Below, piece after piece: positions 34,585 to 45,800 of a stretch of 64,000 nucleotides of DNA (position 1 is the first letter of the stretch; the number at the start of each line of letters is the position of its first letter). The position numbers and the translations under genes were made by a program. The DNA is taken from the NCBI GenBank assembly GCA_907165135.1, contig OU015569.1, forward strand, positions 11,098,001-11,162,000. The letters run 5' to 3'. Source of the stretch: Oikopleura dioica. Its lineage: Eukaryota; Animalia; Chordata. Below the pieces are notes generated by a model. The model was not told the origin of the DNA, searched no databases, and worked only from the letters and a program-made list of their open reading frames with translations.

Positions 34585-36147
34585 ATGATTTTTTCGCGAC
34601 TTTTTCCGCTGCTTCATTTTATTGTGGGCATTTACATAGTCCCACAAGAAGAGATAGAAAATGAGACTTTCGATTCCAACGAGCCATCGCTTTCGCAAAT
34701 TCCAACAACAACGACAATCACGGTTTCTCGAACTCAATCGACAAAAGCTCCCAAGTCTCGCTGGTTAAAATGCAGTGGAAGATGGTTGTACGGCTTCAAA
34801 TGTCCGGCAAAATCTAGTCAGCAAAGAACGACCACGAAGACAACAACAACCACTTGCACGACGACAACGACAACTCGATCAGGATCAGGATCAAGATGGC
34901 AAATATGCAATGGAAGGTGGTTTTTTGGCGAAAAATGTCCTTTTCAGAAAACGACAACAAGGAGGAAAACATCAACAACAACTACTACTACAACTACGAC
35001 AACAATGACTACGACAACGACAGCGGCTCCACCAATTAAATCCTATAAACGATGGCTTTTCTGCAACAGAAAGTGGATTTTCGCAACCAATTGCCCAATT
35101 CCAACTCCAACAACAATAACGACAGTAACAAAAACAGCAGCAGCGAAAATCGAATGCGGAGTGTCCGTCTTTTCAGCTCAACAAATTTCAGAAACGAAAT
35201 CTTCGATCGACGATTCTTCTTCTTTCGACGATTTGCAGATTCATTTCCTCGTCTCTGGCCAAGAAATAGAAGATGACAATCGAACACTATCTGGCTCATT
35301 GGTCGAGCTTTCTTCCAGCTTCACAAATTTCAGCGCTACAAGCATCGTCGCTGGCGGACAATCCGTCAACACCGCCGAAAAGCATCCCTGGCTTGTGTCG
35401 ATTCGAACAAAAAGTGGATTTCATTTCTGCGGCGGGGGATTGCTCAACTCTCGCTGGATCCTCACTGCTGCTCACTGCAAAGTCGAAACTACCGATCAGC
35501 TAGTTTTTGGAACGGTCAGTCGAAGCAGCTCGATTAGCGCAGAAGTGCGCAAGATTGAGCTAACTAAGCGTCACCCGAAAGCTGCGCAGACGCGTTTTAA
35601 AACTTGGACTTACGATTATGAGCTTGTCAAAAGCGAAAGCGCGATTTCTTTCAACGAAAGAATACGGCCAATTTGCTTGCCTCGGCTGAACCAAGTCTTC
35701 TCAAACGAACACTGCAAAATCGCCGGCTGGGGGAGAATCAAAGCCAACCCGGTTGAGTATCACGAAAAGCTGCAAGAAGCAGAACTCAAGATCGCTGATG
35801 GTAATCAGGAACGGGCTTATTTTCAATTTTTTTCTCAGGCAAAAGTCTTTAATTTTAACTGTTTTATTTCGCCGTAAAACAAGAAATAGTTTATGAGCTC
35901 GAAAAAAAAGTGCGGCCAATACTCTGTTCTGATAGATTCTTTGACCCTCTGTGTTGGTTACGGCGGCCGGGCTTCTGCTTGCAACGGTGACTCTGGCGGC
36001 CCACTAATCTGCGAAGACGAGCAAGGGAGAGCCACGATGGCCGGGGTTGCATCCTGGGCGAGCAGCGATTGTCGAATTGGGGCACCTAGCGGATACGCGA
36101 GCGTTGCTCGGGTCCGAACCTGGATCGACAGTGTTATTTATGAGTAA
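34585..36147 (+). CDS. Secreted chymotrypsin-like (S1) serine protease with a Thr-rich N-terminal region
   Basis: Signal peptide, HFCGGGLLNSRWILTAAHC, YDYELVK and SACNGDSGGPL (intact catalytic triad; Ser at the S1 position). Confidence 0.92.
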
Positions 36148-36589
36148 CTGTAACTTCTTTCTCCTGCGAATTATATTTTTGCGAAGTTATGTTAGATGAT
36201 ATGGATACTTTTATTCGTGAGCAAATTCTACGACTAAATGATAAGCTTAATTTCTGATTATCAATGAATAGCGAAAGATAGAAAATTTTTATTCAGCTTA
36301 TATTGAAAGCGAATTATGGTTTTCGAAAATCATATCTAGAAAGTTTTCCTGCAAAGTGAAAAAATAACAAGAATCGATTTTATTTTGCTTTTTACAATTT
36401 ATTTTCTGAGAGAATAGGATTTTTCGCACTTTATTTAAGTTAGAGAAGGACTCCGAGGGTCGACTGTGTTTTTTATACTCAGTTAAACATACTGTACAAT
36501 ATTTAGAGGCAACATTAAGGCACGTTTTATAATTACAAAGTATTTGAAATTAACTATTTGAAGGTTGATCTGTGAAATCGGTGGTGTGT

Positions 36590-36745
36590 TTGTTTGTTTC
36601 AAACAATGTTTAAAACAACGTTTCAAACAGCGTTTCTAACAGTGTTTCAAACAATGTTTCAAACAAAGTGTGCTTGTTTGTTTTAAACAATGTTTGAAAT
36701 CGTGTTTCAAACAGTGTTTCAAACAAGGTTTTGTTTGTTTGTGTT
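36590..36745. repeat. Tandem ~12-bp units built on the quasi-palindrome TGTTTCAAACA
   Basis: About ten degenerate units downstream of the channel stop codon. Confidence 0.8.
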
Positions 36746-36819
36746 TGATGTGGTGAAGTTTGTTTGGATCCAGTAGGGTTGAGGCTGAATGAACAGAAAA
36801 GCAACAGTGAACTTGGTTT

Positions 36820-39800
36820 TTAAGAAAATTGGGTGGATGAGCTTTCCCCAGCTTGAGAGCTCCTTAGAGAAGCGCAAGAGACGACGTCGGACGCGGACTC
36901 GACGGCTGAAGCGGAGTCGTAAGCGGATCCACAATCGGACTCGCTTGTGGTTGTTGTTTCAGAGGTCGGGACGGGCATGTTGGCTTGAGAGCATGTTTGG
37001 GCATTTGGGTTGGATAGTGAACGGTCGATCTCTTCGATAACTGCCTCCAGCTCAATCAGATTGGGCCTGTGGCGCGTTTCGATCGTACGCACTGGGGATC
37101 ACTCACTTGGTTAGCTGCACACGGCATTTCAATCACTTTCATGCATTTTATTAGTTTTTCAGAGCTTAAATTTGAGAAACGCCGTTCCTTTCGAATTGGT
37201 CGCGCTCCGCAACTTCTCGTAGAGGATTCAGCGGCTCGAGCAGCTCGGACTCGAACACTAGCGCTTTGGATGGCACGGAGGCGGTCTGCGAGACGTTCGC
37301 CACGGGTATCGACAAGGCGTTCACTTTCGCCCGACTGACACGGTCATGCCAAGCTCGGTAAGCACGCTGGATCACCTGGGGGAAACGAAGATCGTTATAA
37401 AACTCGAGAGAGCCAAAAGCTTACCGTCGCGGCCTTGAGTTCTTGTCTGATTTCGAGAGTGGTTGTCACTGGGAACAGTTTTCTCCTGTTGGGGAACACC
37501 TTCTCCAACTTTCGCTGCACATCTTCAAGCATTTCTTTCTTCACCTGAAGCAAAAATAGAGAAGAGAAATTCTGGAATTTGATAATTCTAGATGTCCGAG
37601 AACTTACCTCTATGTCTCCTAAAAGACGCTTTGTAAGCGCATAAAGCACGTCCAGACAGTGGATTCTTCCACCGTCCATGACGGGCAGCTGTAGCGCCGC
37701 GATTTTGATTTCATTTGGCTTTTTGACTTTGAACGGTTTCGGAAGCTCATGGAGCAAGTCTGACATCAGATGAACGTCCACGAACTGCGTTGCCTTCGGG
37801 TCATATTTACCCCAGACATTGTAGAAGAACTCGTAGTCTTCGTCGACGATTCCGACGCTCTCCTGAAGTTAGAAGTAAAATTTGACAAAAGAATCGGCTT
37901 GTACCTGAGTGAAGATTTCATCAAATCGCTCGAGAATGACCGCAATGTACATGTTAATAATAATTAAGAAGATGATGATAATGTAGGAAATGAAGAAGAT
38001 GATTGCTTTGGAGGGGCTTCCGCAGTTGCCAGGGTCGCCTTCCGCCGCGCTGTTGGGCGCGATGCAATCGTGCTAAAGAGATTGTTGAGCTATAGGAAAT
38101 CGACAATATGCGAAACTTACATCGTTCATCAAAGGGTCAAGGATATCGTTCCAGCCGGCAGAGGTCATGAGGCGGAAGAGCAGCAGCATTGAGTTGGGGA
38201 AGGTCTCGAAGTTGACCATGTCGTTGAGCGCGTCTCGCTTCTTCACGTGCATGAAGGAGGACATGCCAAGGATGGCGAAGATCACCATGCCGAGGAAGAG
38301 AAGAACGGCGATATTGAGCAGGGCGGGGATCGAGGTCAGGAGCGTGATCATCAATCGGCGAATTCCTCGCGCCGCTTTGATGACCCTCAACACGCGGAAA
38401 ATACGGAAGACTCGGACGACCCGCAGCAAAGTGGGCGAAATGAAGAAGTCGAGGAATTGCTCAAGGATGATGCCGATCGAGGAAAGCATGATGACGATGA
38501 AATCGAAGTTGTTGAAGTGATCGCGGAAGTAGTAAGCGCGCAATCCAATAATTTTTATAGCGCACTCTAAACAGCGAGATGAAAAGATGAAGTCGAGTTT
38601 AACGACGGCGGTAGTGAAGCTAGTCTACCGGTTTCATACACATAAAACAAACTTGATACTATCATAAATATACATTTATGGTGGTAGCAGAATGTCGTTA
38701 TCGAAATTAGGAAAGCCAAAAGGCAATTTTCCACGAGCAACTTACCAAGAAGGAAAATGATGGTAAAGACGATGTCAGCGAGTCTGAGACCATCGGCCCA
38801 TTCCTTGCTCATTCCGTAGTGCTCACAGGCGAGCACGAGCATATTGAGACAGATCAAGCCAAAGACGCAGATTTCAAAGTACGGCTTGCAGACGATGTCG
38901 TAAACCATCTTTTGGAAGTGATTGTGGGGCTTGGGCGCGTGCTTCTTCGGCTTGGTGGAGAAGAGCGTCTGCATCGTGCTGGAAAGAAGCGTGAGTCAGG
39001 CGAAAGTAAAGAGGAAGTAAAGGTCATTGGAGTTGGAAATTACTAATTTGCGAAAAGAGCGACCTCTTGATTTACATTCTCGGATCACCACTCCCAAGTG
39101 TTAATCGCCAACGATACTGGGCATAAATTATTGCGGGCTACTTTGTACAATTTTAGTGTACGTATGCCATGTCCACTGCCACACAAACTCGCCCTCTTTC
39201 GAAGGTCGTTTATGATTCTATGAAGAATAGATTTCAAGATAAAGGGAGTTCAAGTTAATGCGCCTGATAATCTCCTCGTTTATTTTTTCTAGTGCCTCGA
39301 AATTGACTTTTCGGACTAAAATGACCATCTCGATTAGTCTTCCTTGTTTTCAATTCTGGCAATTTTTGCTAAAACATTAAGAAAAATTCTAATTTAAAAT
39401 TTATTATAAGTTTTATGAAGACGAAAATTTCAAATTCGCTCAGAATAGACCGTGTCGTTCATTTGCCAAGTTTAAAGATTTATGGTTGATAATCGCCTGG
39501 GTTCGGGAGAATGGGCCTTACTTGACATATTTTTTCTGTTCTGGGGTCATGATTGTATCACACGCCGAAGTGCTTCCTTTCTTTTTCTTCAACGTTTGGA
39601 ATGATTCGATAATGACACCAACAATGAGGTTGAGAATGAAGAATGCACCAACAAGAATGAAGATCATAAAATACCAATAAGCAGATTTGTTAGCGTCGCG
39701 AGAAGGTTGCTGTCCGACCTCGCGGGAATCAGTTGCAGCTTCCATAACTTCCATCCAACCTTCGAACGTTGCCACCTGGAATGTTGAGAAAATGATATTA

Positions 39801-42800
39801 TTTCTTTAAAATCTACCTGTAGGAGCGCAAGCATGGCCATGGCGGAGTTGTCAAAGTGGATTCCAGGTTTGCTCCACTCGAGCTGTCCTTTCGGGAAAGC
39901 AACTTCGTCGACGCCATCCTGAGGCTTGCTCTTTGTGGCATAGGCCCAGACCAAGCACTGGTCTACCCATTCGACTTCTCCAAATGATAACTCCTCCTCA
40001 TCCACATCGTAGTCTCGCTGACAGAAGTCTACATTCTCTTTTATAAAAAGTCTCTTGGATCAATAACTCACCTAGCGTTCCTTGATGCAGCTGCGGAGTA
40101 CCATCATCATTGAGCTTGATCGACTTGCCAAGATGGTTCGCAAGAATCGTCGAAATCGTGGTCATGTTTCCTTTTCCATCGAGGCCGCAGATTTCACTTC
40201 GCTGGACGTGGTCGATCGTGCATTTTGCCGAATCACAACCATCGAAATCCATCGAACTGAAGGTGAAGTTTCCTTCCACTCGTTCGTGAGCAGCGTCATG
40301 GTTTTCCGTGAATCCGCAGAAGAAAAACTTTCCAGCGAAGAACTAGAAACGAGTTTTAGTTATTTATATTTTTTCTGTTAACATTTTTCGCGCAAGCGAT
40401 TGAGACGCAGGCACAGACGGGAGTTAAAATTAATGTACCTGAACGCCCATGATTCCAAACACGAGCCAGAATAGAATGCAGACAGTGATGACGTTTCCGA
40501 TTGCGGGAATGCAGTGGATGAGCGCGTTGACAACGACTCGCATTCCTTCCCATCTCGAGATCGCTCTCAGCGGTCGGAGGGCTCTCAACGTTCGCATAGA
40601 TCGCAGCGAAGTGACACCTGAAGCATTAGCACCAATGCCGACCCAACTGATGCACACGATGATGAAATCAAGCACCGTCCAGAAAGAGGTGAAATATTCC
40701 CAAAGACCAAAGCCAACCCATTTCATGCCCATTTCCATGGTGAACAAAACGGCGAAAATAAGCTCCAGGCAGTCGAGAATTTCCTGAATTAAATTATTTA
40801 CATTGATCAAATTCGTTAAAATCAGACCTTGAGAGCGCCATTCTTTCCATCATTGAGGTTCTTGTCTTCTAGCGTCAGGCAGACAGTCGAGGCAGCGATG
40901 AGGAAAAGGATGAAACCTTCGAAATAAGGATGTTTGGCGACAAAATAGACTCCAGCGCGGAACTTGTGCCAGCTCTTGCCCAGCGAGCTCGTGTAGCAGC
41001 AGCTTTCGTCGCAGCTCTTCCAGCTGGGCCCGCAGCTCGGCGGCTCGATGTTCTTGAGCTCTTCCTCGAGGCGCATTTTACGAGCTTGGTCGTTTTCGAA
41101 GTCGACTTTTTGTTTCTTTGTCTTGGGCTCGTCCTCGCGATTGCCAATGCCATCTGAATTGATTCATTAAAAGTCGCAATCAACAACGATAGCGAGTTAA
41201 TTACCAATGAGCATGTCAACCGAGGCGTACGAGCACTTTCGATCGTTGGTGATGCTCAGGCTATTCTCGTCGCGGTTGTTGCGGCTGCGGTATTCAGTTT
41301 CTGACATCACTACAGCTGAGTTGCCGCCCATATCCTCAAGTTGCATCGCAGAAGTATCGTTTCCATTTTCGGTCAAATACTCCGCCTGAATTAAAAATAT
41401 CAAACCTGGTCAACTATCATTCATCATTAAATCTCATAAATGAGCTTTGAAAAATGATGATTTCGCACATTATAAAGGCCTCGTCGTCAATTCTACTAAA
41501 ATCGCAAAGCTCCAAAAGGACAAAACCGGAGGAATTACTCTTGAATTTCTAGTTCTTTGGCTCAATTTCTTACATTGGTGGCTGGTTGAACATGGACTCC
41601 GTTGGTCTCCGCGGTATCCTTTCGTTTCGATTTTCGCAAACTAGTCGGAATGGTGTTTTTGACTCTGCTTCCGATGCGCTTGATTCCGTCGAAGATTTGC
41701 TTCTTCGCGGAGGCGGTCTTCTTGTCGTCTTTGTTGAGCTCGTCGATGTTGAAAGCCTCGAGCAAGATGGCGACGAAAAGGTTGAAGACCATGAAATTAG
41801 CGACAAATGTGATCAGCAAGAAGAAGGGAATACAGGTGGCCGGATCAGCGAGCTTCATACAATCCCAAAGTGGCTCGACCCACTCTCCACAGAGGACGCG
41901 GAAAACCTGAAAATCTCATTAAAACGCTGCTCGTGATTGAGAAGCATAAATATTTATTCATTTTTTTAAAGCCTAATTGGTCACCAACTTGTCTCTTTCT
42001 TTCAAACTGTTGTCAGGAAATTGGACCAGAGTTATCTTGTTTATTATCATAATTAATAGGGAAGCCTTGAAGAAAAAACTTAACAAAGTGACACCCTTAG
42101 AAAATACCTAAAGGGTTAGGGTTAGGTTAAAAAAATTTCGACGAATTTTGCGTAGGCGGCTACTCGGCTGCTGATTGGCCAGTTTGCCGAATCCAGGCTT
42201 CTGATTGGTTGAAAATTTCCACGCAAAATTTGTCGAAATTTTGTTGTCGGTTCCAGACACCTCCCCATAAATTAAAGGGGTCTCTATCAAAGTTCACGAA
42301 GACAAGTCTGCTCAAAATCACGTCTGGCCTGATCAGACTTACCATCAGGAAAGAGAAGACAAAATCGGTAAAGTTCCATTTGGGCGCCTGATCCATGTCA
42401 ATTTCACTCAACTTGTCGATATCATTGTACTTATCCGCGAAGCACTGCTTTCCTATCAATCGCGGTTACCGACAATTACGAAAAAAGAACTAATTACCGA
42501 TGACCGCGAAAATGTAGAGAACGATGAATAAAACAAGCGTCAAGTATCCAACATCCATAATGGATTTGTAGATGATAGAAAGCAAGCGGCCCATTGTCTT
42601 CCACATTTGAGCAAGTCGGAAGACACGCAGCAATCTGAATGTCATGTTATCTCAAGTTGCCAATTACGCCGATGGTGACGTCTTGTCTGACTCGTTTTAA
42701 TGGCGAGAAATTAAAGGCAACAATTAAGGATACCAACAAACGGTCGAAAATGAAATTACTTTCGAAGAAAAGATAAAATTTCGCGACAATGATAGATGAT

Positions 42801-45800
42801 AAAAGATTTAAATTTTAAATAAGGGGCTTTTCATGTCAATTTTTCCGAAAAATCGGCGAAATTGCTCTGTTTGATTTTTGGTACAGTTGTAGCCCGAACG
42901 ATATTCAAGGTCATTTTACATCGAATATGTAGGATACAGAAGGGTTAGCTTACCGAAGGGTTCGAAGAACATTGAGTCCGGATTGCTGAGAGCCTTCATC
43001 GACACTTCGCATGGCCAGAATCACATCGGAAACAGAAATGACAACGATGATGAAATCAAAAGTGTTCCACGGGTCCTTCAAGTACGTAAAGAAGCCATAA
43101 GAGGTAATCTTCAAGATAGCTTCGCAGACGAAGATGTAGGTGAAGATGGAATTGCCGAGAGTCAAGATGTTCTTACAAAGGTTTTTTAAGGGTTATCATT
43201 TCAGTTTAATTTATTCCTGTCTTCTTGCCTCGTGTTATTTCTGATCAATATTCCATAATTTAAAATAGAAAAAAAAACCTTCCTTGAGATCTTGATCCGC
43301 GTCGTGATGATCGGCAGCCAAGAAGATGGTGTTGGTAACGATGCAAAGGACGATCATCACGTCGAATGCTTTCTTGCTGATGATGCTCTCCAGTCGCTGC
43401 TGGAATCGGATAAAGCCAGTTGGACACTGCCAGTCGCAGAAAGTCTTGTTGAACCATTCGTTGGCGATCTTTAGCTTTTTGATAAACTGCTCGTCGGGGC
43501 CTGGAAGGGATGATTTAGTATTGGTTAGAGTTTTGGGAAGATTGGGAAAAATTCGGGAATTTTTTCGCTGGTTTTTAGCTACTTTTGACTTTTGGAAATT
43601 TTGGAAGATTTCAGGTCTAATTGTAAATGAAGTAAGTTGAAATCTTCTTGAAATCTACGATGATCGAGATTTGAAGTGCATTACTGTTACAGTCAGAGCT
43701 CACGAAACTGATTGGTTTTCGTGAACTAAGCGTTAGCGAGCTTTGATTTTGCTTGAAATCAAATGGAACAGTAGCTGTCCTAATTGACTGCGACTCGGAT
43801 TTGCGTGCATTTTGTTAATTGATGATTTTACTACTTCTAGCTATAAAAAAAAGTCACCGCGAAGACCCGTTTCCAGGAAGAGAAATCGCCCGCTCGGAGT
43901 GACTGAGTCAGATACTTACTTTCATCCATCTCGATCGAATCTTGTGGACTCAGTTGATGGGCGTGCGAAGTGGCTGGTGGGGTCGAAGCCGACTGCGGCT
44001 GCGCGCTGACAGCTTCGGACTCGCCGAGGCTCGACCCACCGTACGCGCCACCCGCGCCACCGGGTGACTCGTCTCGCTTCATAGCGATAACGACACTTCC
44101 ACCATCCTCATCATCTGGACTTGCTGCGCCTGAATTAGTTCTTGAGCTGATACCAACGCCGAGACCGATTCTGGTCGATGCGATTGTGGCTGCCCACAGC
44201 TGGCTACCTCTGCCGTCGGCTTCTTCAGCCTGTTTCAGCTGCTTCAGTCGTTTTAAAGCCTTTTTAATAGGTTACGTAATCAATTAAAATAATGAAAATT
44301 CAAAATATAAGAGCATGGCTCCGCAAAATCAGTTTTCTAAGAAGTAAAGTTAGGTAACCGTTCCTTCTTCTTTGCGTTCTTCTTGGCTCTTTCGCGCATC
44401 GTCTTGAGCTCTTCTTGCTTCTGATGCTCTTCGGCGTAGGCCATAGTGACGACAGCGAGGAGTAAGTTCAAAAGATAGAAGGGACCAAGTAGGATAACGA
44501 GGATAAAGTAGATGACGTTCCAGGCGCCCGACGCTCGCAAGATCATGTTGTAAGTATTCTCCCAAAAGTCGAGTGTGAGAAGCTGGAAGGAGGAGAGCAT
44601 CGCCCATCCGATGTGATCATAGTTAGTGTATCCGTAAGTGTTGGCCGGGTTGCTGCCCGTGTGGCCGTAGCAAGTGTAGCCCTCTGCGCAGCGGCCGGCA
44701 CCAGTCGAGTTGCCGCAGAGGATCGTGTCCGGATCGCCGTCCATCCAGTTCGCCTCGTCGGCGATCCACTGCTTGAAGGGCGTGTCGGGACTGCTGATGT
44801 CGTAGCTGATATTCGCCGGCGCGGTGAGGACGCACTTCTGCTGCAGCACGCCCGAGTAAGCTTGCAGGCCGATCAAAGAAATCACGATCAACAGAAAGAC
44901 CATAATGAATAACACCTCAGAAAGAGGCTTCATCGATAGGAAAAGGGCGTTCACAATAGTTTTCAGACCTGAAAATCGAATGTGAGAAGTTCAAAATTAA
45001 GGGTGTCACTATTTTAAGTCTGCTGAAAATGACCTTTTTCCTTTAATAAGTAAATGCGCCTAAATAAGCCCGAATAAATCCTTAATTAATTCCAAACAGC
45101 CCACGTGTTTCTTCAGCTTTTCTTTTGTCTTTTGCACTTACCAGGCACGATTGATAAAGATTTGAAAGCACGCAAGACACGGAAGGTTCTAAGGCCGGAA
45201 ACATTTCCAATTTCTGGAGTCATCATTGTTACGTAAGCCAGGACGACGACAATGAAATCTAACCAGTTCCATGCGTCTCGTAGGTAGGTGAATTTGTTTA
45301 AAATAAATCCTTTTGCGATAACCTGAAATTTGAGATTGAAATTCAGGAAGATTCTAGAGCGGCTTACCTTGATGACAACTTCCAAGGTATAAATGGCAGT
45401 GAAAACATATTCTAATTCATCTACAGGGTCATCAAGAGCAAGAAATACGCAGTTTATCAAAATGGTGAGAATAATTACAACATCGAAGCCTGAAATAGAA
45501 TAGTGTTGTTCATTTGCGCTTGTTTTTTATTACCTGGATTGATGATAGCTTTGATTGCTGCCCTTCGAACAGGATTGAACGGAGAAAATAAATAAAGGGA
45601 CTTTGATGCAGAAAAGCGGTTGATATACCGCTTTCCGAAACGTCTGTTGATGACGCAGAACGTCTAAAATTACAGTTACAATTACAGTTTTTCGTTTTTA
45701 AGGGTTTAGTCGTCGATTTGCGCGATTTTCTGATTCTTAAAATTCAGAACTTAACCCTTTGTAAGCAAAATAAACGACTAAGCCCTAATTCAAAAATTGT

